Shown here: positions 1 to 10,835 of the stretch, piece by piece
Layout: the number at the start of each line of letters is the position of its first letter
How positions within the stretch are numbered: position 1 is the first letter of the stretch
NCBI RefSeq assembly: GCF_006345805.1
Contig: NC_043005.1
Span: 55,428,001-55,492,000 of the forward strand
Direction: 5' to 3'
DNA: 64,000 bases
From: Octopus sinensis
Lineage: Eukaryota
The notes under the pieces: generated by a model
The model's input: the letters and a program-made list of their open reading frames with translations, nothing else
Databases searched by the model: none
Told to the model about the DNA's origin: nothing
Program-made: the position numbers and the translations under genes

Positions 1-318
1 GTGTTACTGGTAATGTTGGTGATGATGATGATGCTGATGGCATTGGTAGTGGTGGCACTAGTGTTGCTTGTGTTGGTGTTCATAGTGGTGGCGATGGGTG
101 GTGATATCGACGACGACGATGATGATGATGATGATGTTGGTGTTAATTGTGATGCTACTGATGCTAGTGATGATGATGGTGATAATGATAGTAATGTCAG
201 TGATGAAATTGGTGATGATGTTTGTGACATTACCGATGTTGTAGTTGTTGTGGCTGTTGTTGTTGATGGTAGTGGTGGTGGTGGTGGTGGTGGTGGTGGT
301 GATGGTGATGGTGATGGT
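1..318. repeat. Trinucleotide low-complexity tract (GAT/GGT/GTT)n
   Basis: Runs of gatgatgat, ggtggtggt and gttgtt; the ORF at 1..360 is only their translation. Confidence 0.95.
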
Positions 319-599
319 CTACGAAAAGAAGTATTGATGAATCTTTCTTGTCGTCATTAATCAATGAATGAAGGACGGTGAGTAAATGAGTTTGCTACGT
401 TCCTTAGATTATGAAGTCTGCCTGATAGAATTGTCGTTATCAAGCGGAATTCCCACATGGCTATGTAACATGGTAAGTTGTAGAATTTACAAAAACACAC
501 ACATATACATACACACACACATATAAAAAAACAGGTTGGAAAGCTCAAAACAACTTATTGATTTTAACAAAAGTAAAGTAAAATAATATGAGTGAGAGG

Positions 600-766
600 G
601 TGTATATATATGTGTGAATATATGTATATAAATATATACACATGTCTGTATGCACATGCACACATATGCATATATCTATCTATATCAATATATGTATACA
701 TGCATGTATATGTTTACACACATACACACACATATAAATATACACATATATGCATGTATCTTTGAG

Positions 767-798
<32 letters not shown>

Positions 799-915
799 TA
801 CATATATGTATAAATATGTCTATATATATATGCATATATATATGTGTGTGTGTGTATATATGTATATATGTAGATACATGCACTGTGTGTATCTATGTAT
901 ATCTATGTGTTTGTG

Positions 916-963
<48 letters not shown>

Positions 964-1070
964 AATGTATATATATGCATATATATATATGTGAGTGTGT
1001 ATATATATGTATATATGTGTGTTTGTGTATGTGTGTATATATATATATACACACATACATACATACACAT

Positions 1071-1115
<45 letters not shown>

Positions 1116-1140
1116 ATATATATATTGTATGTTATATAAT
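600..1140. repeat. Compound (TA)n/(TG)n/(CA)n microsatellite; representative of dozens of similar tracts in the window
   Basis: Directly visible dinucleotide mosaic; it produces spurious YI/CV/HT ORFs. Confidence 0.95.
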
Positions 1141-1865
1141 TTTGTTCATTTCATTTTAAGTAAATATATTTGTTTGTTTATTTTTCTTCCAAACACTTTT
1201 TTTTGTTTTAAATCAACATGAGACCATTGAACCAAAGGGGGTTTTGATAAGGCTGCCATTTGAGGTCAAAGATAATTAGATGTATTCAGTCTTAACTAAA
1301 TTAATTACAAAATATGTAATAACAGAGGCTGATCAAAAAGTAATCAGGTAACATCAAATTTATTTATTTATCTATTTATTTATTTATTTATTTATTATTT
1401 ATTTATTCATCTTCCTCCACCCACTCTTTATCATCATCATCACCATCATCAACATCATTGTTATTGTTATCATAGTCATTGCTGTTGTTGTCACCACCAC
1501 CACCACCACCACCATCATCATCATTATCATCGACATCGTCATCATCATCATTATTAAACTCATCTTTTATTTTTACCATTTAATGCTAATGATAACATCC
1601 AGTTAAATGGAACAACATCAGCAGCAGCAACAGCAACAACATCAACAACAACTGCATCAGCAACAATGTCAACAACAACAGCAGCAGCAGCAACAACACC
1701 AACAGCTTTCCAATTTTTTGGATCTCCACATGATAGCAAATGGTGAATGGGGGAGAAAGAGAGAGTGGAGGAGGGGTTGGCTGGGGTTCAAATCTCTATA
1801 CAAACAGAATAAGTGAAACAGTTGACAACAGGGAAATATCAAAACAACTGACAATCTTGAAATAT

Positions 1866-2490
1866 TGGTTTCAAATTTTGGCACAAGGCCAGCAATTTCG
1901 GGGGAGGAGATAGGTTGATTACATCGCCCTCCAGTGGGCAACTGGTACTTATTTATCAACCCTAAAAGGACAAGAAGCAAATTCAACCTTGAGGGTATTT
2001 GAACTCAGAATGTAAAGACAGAAGAAATGCTGTTGAGCATTTTACAATTCTGTAAAACAATTCTGCCAATTTACTAACAATTCTGCCCACTTGCTAACAA
2101 TTCTGCCAACTTGCTAACAATTCTGCCAACTTGCTGACAATTCTGCCAACTTGCCAACAATTCTGCCATTTTGCTGACAATTCTGCCAGCTTGCTGACAA
2201 TTCTACCAGCTTGCTGACAATTCTGCCAACTTGCTAACAATTCTGCCAACTTGCTCCCTTATTAAAGTTAAGTATTACTTTCAAGTTTTAGCACAAGGCT
2301 AGCAGCTTCAGGGAAGGGATTAAGTCAATTACATCGACCCCAGTGCTCGACTGGTAATTATTTTATTGACCCTAAAAGGATAAAAGGTAAAACCAACCTC
2401 AGCAGAATTTGAATTTGGAACATAAAGACGGATGAAATATTGCTAAGCATTTTGCCTGGCATGCTAACAATTCTACAAGTCTGCTGCCTT
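1866..2490 (-). mobile_element. Two tandem copies of a tRNA-derived SINE (family B; Meta/MESC-like central domain)
   Basis: Copies at ~1866-2260 and ~2278-2490 are reverse complements of the family seen on + at 16140-16555 (gactttgcctttcatcc...gtcgataaattaagtacc core). The domain name comes from recalled similarity. Confidence 0.75.
2057..2255. repeat. 20-bp minisatellite, ~10 copies (acaattctgccaacttgct[a/g])
   Basis: Directly visible tandem units. The same motif occurs once at the head of other family-B SINE copies (~2462-2485, ~45882-45900). Confidence 0.95.
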
Positions 2491-3296
2491 ATTATGGTTA
2501 AAAATTAAAACCCACAATACTGCTTAGAATAACATCCTAAAATTGTTATCTCCCACATTTGGTCAAAAAACAAAAATAAAAAAAAACAAAAGGAAACAAA
2601 AAAGTAAAACAAAAAACCCAAAGTACACACTAAAATTACGGCCACATCAATAGCTTCATTAACTGAAGATTGTCAGTGGGCTGGTTGGTGCACTTACGTT
2701 GTCAGTGTGGTAGTGTGCATAGTAACACAATACAGAAAAACATTTTTGATTGAGTCTCCATTTCCTCTACCCCCACCCCATCCCCCACTGTGACCATCAA
2801 TGGAACTTGGTAGAATCAGTAAAATAGCAGATAAAATATTTTATGGTATTATTTACACTCTGAGTTCAGATCACACCAGGGTCAACTTTATTTTTATGGA
2901 GTCTCTACATGATTGTTGGGTCTGCTAGAAACAGCAGCCAAACCATTTAACGTTCATTTTTTTGTGGGATTTATTTTATTTTGTATAGTCACTATGGCTG
3001 GATAACCTTCCTAACACCAACCACTTTACTAAGTGTACTAGGTGCTTTTTCTTCTTCTTCGTGACATCAGTACAAATGATGGATAGCCTCATAATTTGCA
3101 AGGCTAAGGCCCTAAAGTGGTCCATGAGACTGAGGGAGGATAGAACAGAGAATGAGTGATGATCCTAGATGGAGGAATGAGCAAATGGTAAGAGATGAGA
3201 ATAGAGATGTATGGCAGAGTACAGAAGAAAGCAAAGGGATTACTAACAAGGCTGAGTAAAATAAGACGGACAGAATGGCTACTCTTGCTAAAAAAT

Positions 3297-3366
<70 letters not shown>

Positions 3367-3367
<1 letters not shown>

Positions 3368-3915
3368 ACAATAATACCTTACTTTACAAGGACCTACTTT
3401 ACAAGACCCTGGGTTTACAAGTATTATTTTTCAGCTCACTTTTGTATGGTGAGCTGAAATTTTTCAAGCACAAATTTTGAATGAAGTGCAAAAGTTTCTA
3501 CTACCATAACAAATGCTTCTACATGTTACCAAGAAATTTATAGAGAGCAAAAAAAGCTTCTTCTAAGCAAACAACTCAAGACTTGTTTTTTTAAAACGAA
3601 ATCTACAAGTCTGTCTACGAGTGCTTGTGAATCGGCGATTGCGTCTACAAGTGATAGTGTTATAATAATAATATTCTTTATTGTAAGTGATCTTGACATT
3701 CTTTTTATTTTATATAAACTATTCTTTACATTCTACTGTTGTTTTATTGCCATTTATCTGTAAGTATTATAGATTTTATGAGTAAAATATTTTTCTGGGA
3801 ACGAATTATGATTTTTAACATTGCTAATATAGGAAATTATTGCTCTGCTTTACAAGTTTTGCTTTACAGACAGTCTTTGGGAACAAATTAACTCGTACAT
3901 TGAGACATTACTGCA
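3367..3915. mobile_element. Degenerate Tigger/pogo-like non-autonomous DNA transposon (MITE)
   Basis: Imperfect ~24-bp TIRs tacaataataccttactttacaag / ctcgtacattgagacattactgca with mostly transition mismatches, and repeated ctttacaag sub-terminal motifs. Confidence 0.5.
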
Positions 3916-3967
3916 TTTGTATGCATGTATGTATGTATGTATGTATGTATGTATGTATGTATGTATG

Positions 3968-3998
<31 letters not shown>

Positions 3999-4805
3999 TG
4001 ACTGTGATTGTGTGATGTTTATGACATTTATAATAATATTACAATGAGAACTAGAAATGAAATGAAAAGCAGGAGCTTGAAGCAGCCATTTTTGCATGTG
4101 TTGTTCACAAAGATTTTTAAATGAAAGAACATAAAGATAAGCATCTTCTTCAAACTTTCTTTTCATATTCCAAAAAATACTCAGACAGTGGATATCAAAA
4201 AAAAAAAAAAAAAAAAAAATAGGTTCATTTTACCAGCTGATGGTCAGAAATGAGCAACTCTGAGTACTGCAAATCAGAGCCTTTCAGTTATAAAGTATTA
4301 AGGAATACTCTACATTTGTATTGAATCCCGTAATGTATCACTTCTGGTGAATCAACATATAGATGTGTGTGTGTGTGTGTGAAGAAATAGGTGGAAAACT
4401 AGTGATGTTGATTATGATTTTCAACAATACATTTGGGTCTCCCATGTAAACAAAACAAACGAAACTCTATATGAAGAATGTCATATCTCTATCAATCTGA
4501 AACAGAGATTTGTAAAGATATGAACAACAGCAACAACAACAACTACTACTACTTCTACCACTATTACAAAAATGAAGACAACAACAACAACGATGTAAGA
4601 ATAAAATACAAACAATTGATGTTATGTTCATGCCATATAAATATCGATATTTCAATAAAATTTTTTTGTTTCAAATTTATTTTGACTTGCGTTTTTTTTC
4701 TATTCAAACTAGTTGAAATAACAACTATTTATCAACTGTGTGTACCATGTGACATGAAGGAGAATGAGTACACAACATTATGATATAACTTTATGATAAG
4801 CCAGC

Positions 4806-5575
4806 TATTGGGTCAAGTCATAAATAATTTACGTTGTTTGGAAGTAAATTGTAACAATGCATTTCGAACTTCAGATGTTTAAAATTGAAATGGAAACTAC
4901 TGTTTTTAAAAAAAGCCTCATCTGTCATTCATATTAAACAGTGAAAGCGTGCACGTCATAGTTTAATATTAAAGTACATATTCGTCATGTGATGAGAGAG
5001 TTTAAGAATGGAAAAAATCACTACAGAAACAGCTAAAAAAAATATGCATGTTTATGGCCAAGGTGGCATTAATGATCAGCAAGTGCATAATTGGTTTTCA
5101 GAGTTTTGTTCCAGAGATTTGTCATTGAGAAATCAAACTCAGACCGGGATGCTTATCAGACTTTGATCAAGATGCTTTAAGAGAATTAGAGGATTTCAAT
5201 CCTCGTAAAAGTACTTGGGAATTAGCAATTGACCTCAACACACCCGATTTATCATCTACCACCATATGGAAAAGATAGGAAAAGTCATCAAGCTGGCTGC
5301 TTCAATTCCCCATACTGTTTGTGAGAAGAATAGGGAAGATCATATATCCATAATGACAAGTCTTCTTTCAAGACAGAGAAATTACCTGTTTCTCAATAAT
5401 ATCATTACTGGTAATGAAAAATTGGTCTTTTATGACAATATTTGCGACAGGAGGTAGTGGATTGACAAGACTAAATCTATCTCTAAAACTAACCTCAAAG
5501 GCTGAGCTCCATAAAAAGAAGATTATAAAAGGAAGAGCTCCATAAAGGAAGATTATAAAAAGAAGAGCTCCATGT
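4806..5575 (+). pseudogene. Mariner transposase relic
   Basis: ORF 5266..5457 reads ...IPHTVCEKN...FLNNIITGNEKLVFYDN, a degenerate WVPHEL and ITGDEKW.YDN. A TIR-like tattgggtcaagtcataaata lies at ~4806. Multiple stops and frameshifts. Confidence 0.85.
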
Positions 5576-5808
5576 TATGGCTTGTTTTGTGCCAAACCAA
5601 TCCACATGGTGCAAAATATATATGAACAAAAGACATTTAAGCATTTACACTTGAAATAAGATGTCACTACTTTTAATATCATCTACGGTAATTTTTTTAA
5701 GTGATGATATTAACAGTAGTACTATAGGACATCATATTTTGAGCATAAATGCTTGAATGTTGTTTAATTATATATATGTGTGTGTATATAAATACACACA
5801 CACACACA

Positions 5809-5880
<72 letters not shown>

Positions 5881-5889
5881 GATAGATAT

Positions 5890-5922
<33 letters not shown>

Positions 5923-6077
5923 GGCATGGCTTGGTGGTTGTGTAATTGAGAAATTCACTTTCAAACCACAAAGTTTTAAGTTCACTCCCACTGCTTGGCA
6001 CCTTGGGCACTTATCTTTTATTGTAGTTCCAAAGCCTTATAGGTAAATTTGGAAGATGGAAACTGAAAGGAGCCCGT
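5923..6077 (+). mobile_element. Degenerate 5' half of family-A SINE
   Basis: Similar to the 7137-7290 head (cccactgcttggcaccttgggc...atggaaactgaaag). Confidence 0.7.
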
Positions 6078-6142
6078 TATCATCATCATCATCATCGTTA
6101 TCATTGCCACCACCGCCACCACCATCATGGTCATCATTGTTG

Positions 6143-6188
<46 letters not shown>

Positions 6189-6944
6189 ATTAAAATCATC
6201 ATTTTAATGTCCATATTTCCATGCTCACATGGGTCAGAGAAGTCTTTATCGGAGTCTTCTCAACTGGATGCTCTTCCTGAGGCCAACCCTTGCCTGCTTC
6301 CACACAAGGCAATGATACTTCACCCTATTGAAAAAAAATGAACAACCCACGCTTGCTTACACACAGTTTATGAGTCTTTTATTGACGAACATTGCACAAC
6401 ATGTCAAAGCATGTCAAGGAGACCAGACATGCTTCCACAATAAACATGCTCATATATAATATGCATGTGTGTGTGTGTGTGAGTGTTTGTGAGTGTGCGT
6501 GTGTGTGTGTGAGTGTTTGTGAGTGTGCGTGTGTGTGTCTTTGTCTTGTCATCAAACGATATATTGACAATGAGTATCATGCTCGTGCAAGTAGCATTAT
6601 TCATTTCCAATTTTCCATGACAATAAAACATGTCCAGCCATGGCAAAAAAAATTGCTTTGCTTGGAAATAGATGAAGATCAACAATGAGAAGGAGATTGA
6701 GCTTCAAGAAACCTGCTTCATTGGATTCCACTTAAAAATGAGCAAACATGGAAAAGTGAACGTTAAAATGATGATGATGATGATGATATAAATTTATGTG
6801 GCTATGTCTAATTTATTTACCTTTCTCGCTTCATATATTTTATATAAATACGTGTGTGAGTGTGTGTATGTGTGTGTGTGTGTGTGCATGTGTGTGGGTG
6901 TATACATATACATTGATCTCTTGAGCACCACCAGCAAAAAATTT

Positions 6945-7118
6945 TTTTTCCTTTGTCTTCCCTTCTCGGGATCTTTCCTTCTCCTTTGTTTCCGACGAAG
7001 AGCTCCGCTCGAAACGTTAAACCCTCCTTCCCTTCTTTCCTGAGCGTCAAATAATACTTTAATTGTTCCACGTCCTCGCGTTGCTGTGTTTTTTTCTGTG
7101 TTTTCGTGTTTGGATTAA
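6945..7118 (+). mobile_element. Short pyrimidine-rich Penelope-type pseudo-LTR module
   Basis: Non-coding ~170-bp unit next to (TA)n that contains a minimal hammerhead motif. Confidence 0.5.
6988..7022 (+). ncRNA. Minimal type-I hammerhead ribozyme motif (variant core)
   Basis: GTTT-CCGACGA-A-GAGC tcc GCTC-GAAA-C-GTT-AAAC. Stem I is GTTT/AAAC, stem II is GAGC/GCTC and stem III is loop-less and palindromic. The core has U4->C. Confidence 0.6.
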
Positions 7119-7136
7119 CTATATATATATATATAT

Positions 7137-7496
7137 AGGAGTGACTGTGTGGTAAGTAGCTTGCTTACCGACCACATAGTTCCGGGTTCAGTCTCACTGC
7201 ATGGCACCTTGGGCAAATGTCTTCTACTATAGCCTCGGGCCGACCAAAGCCTTGTGAGTGGATTTGGTAGACAGAAACTGACTGAAGCCCATCGTATATA
7301 TGTATACATATGTGTATGTGTATGTGTGTGTTTGTATGTCTGTGTTTGTCCCCCCAACATCGCTTGACAACTGATGCTGGTGTATTTGCGTCCCCATAAC
7401 TTAGCAGTTCGGCAAAAGAGATTGATAGAATAAGTACTAGGCTTACAAAGAATAAATCCTGGGATCGATTTGCTCAACTAAAGGCGGTGCTCCAGC
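7137..7496 (+). mobile_element. Family-A tRNA-derived SINE with internal microsatellite
   Basis: A-box-like gtgactgtgtggt, B-box-like ggttcagtc, then ccttgggcaa, a central (TA/TG)n and the conserved 3' half cttgacaac...aataagtact...gctccagca. Confidence 0.9.
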
Positions 7497-7529
7497 ACAC
7501 ACACATATATATATATATATATGCATATA

Positions 7530-7684
7530 TACGACGGGCTTCTTTCAGTTTCTGTCTACCAAATCCACTCACAAGGCTTTGGTTGGCCCGAGGCTATAGT
7601 GGAAGACACTTGTCCAAGGTGCCACGCTGTGGGACTGAACCCAGAACCATGTGGTTGGTAAGCAAGCTACTTACCACACAGCCA
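7530..7684 (-). mobile_element. Family-A SINE 5' half, inverted relative to the 7137 copy
   Basis: Reverse complement of the SINE head (tttcagtttctgtctaccaaatccactcacaagg...cttaccacacagcca). Confidence 0.9.
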
Positions 7685-8385
7685 ATATTTATATAAATAT
7701 ATATAAATGTATGTTTATGTGTATATTTATACACAAAATACCTTTTGCTTCTTATGGTACCATGTCCAGACTGTAGGACATAAGCAATCATGTTCTCCCA
7801 GAATTCTCTGTTCTTTGTTTTTTGTAACAGTTCTCCTTTTCCTTTAAATCCTTTGTTTACTGCCAAAATCTCTATGCCCTCTTTGCTTGTCACATGACCA
7901 AGAAATCTCAGTGGCTTAGCACTTATTTCATGAAGCACTTTCCAGATTTACTGCACCTCAGATTATCACTTCTTCATTAGAAACACTTTGCCTGTCCATG
8001 CTGTCCTCAATATCTTCCTTAAGAACCACATTTCACAGCATTTTCTCATTTCTATTGTGTATAGATGCAATTATAGTTCAAGAAGTTTACAAAGTTTGTC
8101 TTTACAATCACATGGTTTCTGGTTTAATTCTATATTGTGTTGTAGCATAGGTTTTTCTAAGCCACACAAGTGAAATTTGGATGATGGAAACTGTGCAGAA
8201 TCCTGTCACATGTGCATCGTCGTCGTCGTCGTTGTCGTCCTCCTCCTCCTCCTCATCATCATCATCATCATCATTATCATCATCATCCAGTCTTGAAACA
8301 TTGTATTTTTCTGATTTAGTCTGGGAAAAGGATTAAATGTACACAAGTATGGGATACTCAACTGATTACAAGTTTATATCACAAG

Positions 8386-9531
8386 TATAAGGTGATACCA
8401 CAAGTTCCTAGACTAGTTATGTTTAATAAAAAAATAACTGCCCTTTCATATTGGGAAAGAGATGGAATTCTGCAGGTGCTAAATCTAACAAATCAGGTGG
8501 GTGCAGAAGCAATACCATATTGTTTTTGGTGAGAAGCTCACAAATGTGGAGAGCTTGGTGAAAAATCCATTTCTTTGTGCTCCACAGATCTGGTCACTTT
8601 CACCAAATGTCCACCCTCAAATGCTTCAAAACGTCACAGTAGAACTCTTGATTGATGGTCTGGCCCTAGAGAATGAATTCTCGATGGGCAGTGCCTCATT
8701 TCTGGGAGTGATGCTCATAATCTTCTAGGGATGTTCTTCCACTTTTGAAGCTCCCATGCCACTTGAAACATTTCATACGACCCATTGCTTCATCACTGTA
8801 AGCTTGCTGAAGCATGCTCAATGTCTCTGTAGCAGACTTTCCAAGTTTAACGCGAAATTTCATGTTGGCTCTTTGTTCCTGTCCATGACAAAATTGCAGA
8901 CTACAGCATACACATGATCACAAAAGCACAAATTTCAAAACTTGCAAAGTAAAGTGTTATTACACTCAGCGCACCGCCTCATGAAGGTCACTGCTAGCTC
9001 TCACTGTGCTCATGCAACCATATCTTCTCTTCTTCTTGTCTTGAGACAGAATTCACCCGGAGTGGGTTGAGCTGGCTTCATTCATCCTCAATACTGCATC
9101 TCACAGAAACACCGACCAGGCCTGGCGATTTGAGGCTAATGACCACATGATCTCCAGCCACTCCTTATTCCAGTGGTGAATGCCATAGACATGGGGGCCT
9201 AGGTTGGGTTCCAGATCAGCCTTGACTGTCATCAGCCAGGTTTTTCGTTGTCCACCACATCGTTTTCGCCAACCCTGAAGGGGAGCTGGGGCAATTGCTT
9301 CATAGATGAATTCTCCTGGTTGACGACGGAGAGCATGACCCAGCCAACCCAGGATGACTTGTCGGAGGGAGGTGATTTTGCATTGGTGTCATACAGAATT
9401 GTTGGAGACAAAGTGATGCCATCGGACATGAAGGATGCGGCGTAGATAGAAGTGATCGAAGGACCCTAGTCACTTAATATCTGTTGGTGCACTACAGAAC
9501 TAGTCCAGGAACTTGTTGATACCACCTCATA
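8386..9531 (-). mobile_element. Internally deleted mariner element with TIRs and TA TSDs
   Basis: TIRs TA|taaggtgataccacaagttcctagactagtt and aactagtccaggaacttgttgataccacctca|TA. The minus strand gives EQRANMKFRVKLGKSATETLSMLQQAYSDEAM...FKSGRTSLED and GQTINQEFYCDVLKHLR. Confidence 0.85.
9026..9476 (-). mobile_element. 5'-truncated RTE-clade LINE 3' end nested in the mariner
   Basis: The minus strand gives FDHFYLRRILHVRW...WLGHALRR...GWRKRCGGQRKTW...LASNRQAW, followed by an (AAG)-like tail. Candidate TSD atatct at 9020-9025 and 9477-9482. Confidence 0.8.
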
Positions 9532-10129
9532 GGAATTTAGATGATTGAACAAATGAATGTTCATTGTTGTGACCAACAGAAAATATTTAACACAAAGACT
9601 TAAGAAAAAGAGAAATACAGTGGAGGTGTTCACAGTATGATTGTTTTTGATTTAAAGTTATATTCGCTAACAGCATAGACAATTATACTGGCCAATCTCT
9701 GTCATTAATTATTAATATTACTTACTGTTATAAATCAGACATGAATCAAAACTTCTTGAAATGAAAGTATATGTAGATAAGACTTCACAGATGGTCGTTG
9801 AACTTAAAACTTGTTGCTCAAATTAATTATTCATTGTTACAGTTCCAAACTTAGGAAACTTAACTGTTATTTTCTTTCAAACATTTTTTTATCATTTTTT
9901 AAAACTCATTACAAAATTTTAGTTATTTTGTTTCCATTATTTAAAAAAATTGTATATGTGTGTGCGTGCATGTGTATATGTGTGTGTGTGTTTGTGTACA
10001 TATATACATATATTCATGTATGTATGTATGTATGTATTCATGTATATTGCACTTGAGCAGTGTATACAATATGTTCATTCATACATATACTCACAGACAC
10101 ATATATATACACATATATATGTACATAAA

Positions 10130-10179
<50 letters not shown>

Positions 10180-10301
10180 ACTTTATATATATACACACAC
10201 ATATATATATATATATGAACATCATCATCAACATAATCATCATCATCACCATCATCATCATTTATATATATATATATGAAATATATACGTATATATATAG
10301 A

Positions 10302-10722
10302 TAGAAGTGGCTGTGTGGTAAGTAGCTTGCTTACCAACGACATGGTTCCGGGTTCAGTCCCACTGCATGGCACCTTGGGCAAGTGTCTTCTACTATAGCC
10401 TCAGGCCGACCAAAACCTTGTGAGTGGGTTTGGTAGATGGAAACTGAAAGAAGCCTGTCGTATATATATATATGCGTGTGTGTGTGTGTTTGTGTGTATG
10501 TTTGTGTGCATGTTTGTGTGTCTGTGTTTGTCCCCCCCAACATCGCTTGACAACCGATGCTAGTGTGTTTACATCCCTGTAACTTAGCGGTTCATCAAAA
10601 GAGACCGATAGAATAAGTACTAGGCTTAGAAAGAATAAGTCCTGGGGTCGATTTTCTCGACTAAAGACAGTGATCCAGCATGGCTGCAGTCAAATGACTG
10701 AAACAAGTAAAAGAGTAAAAGA
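10302..10722 (+). mobile_element. Full-length family-A SINE
   Basis: Head, central microsatellite, 3' half and (agtaaaag)n tail are all visible. Confidence 0.9.
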
Positions 10723-10835
10723 GTATATATACATAAACACACACACATATACACACATATATATACACATATATATATATAAATACATACGTTCATATAT
10801 ATATAAATACATACATTCATATATATATATATATA

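Noticed and set aside
1607-1816. Poly-glutamine ORF
   Set aside because: A (CAG/CAA)n tract among other trinucleotide repeats, with no recognisable protein context.
7137-7200. tRNA genes at SINE heads
   Set aside because: Only A/B-box-like remnants with no complete cloverleaf; they are parts of SINEs.
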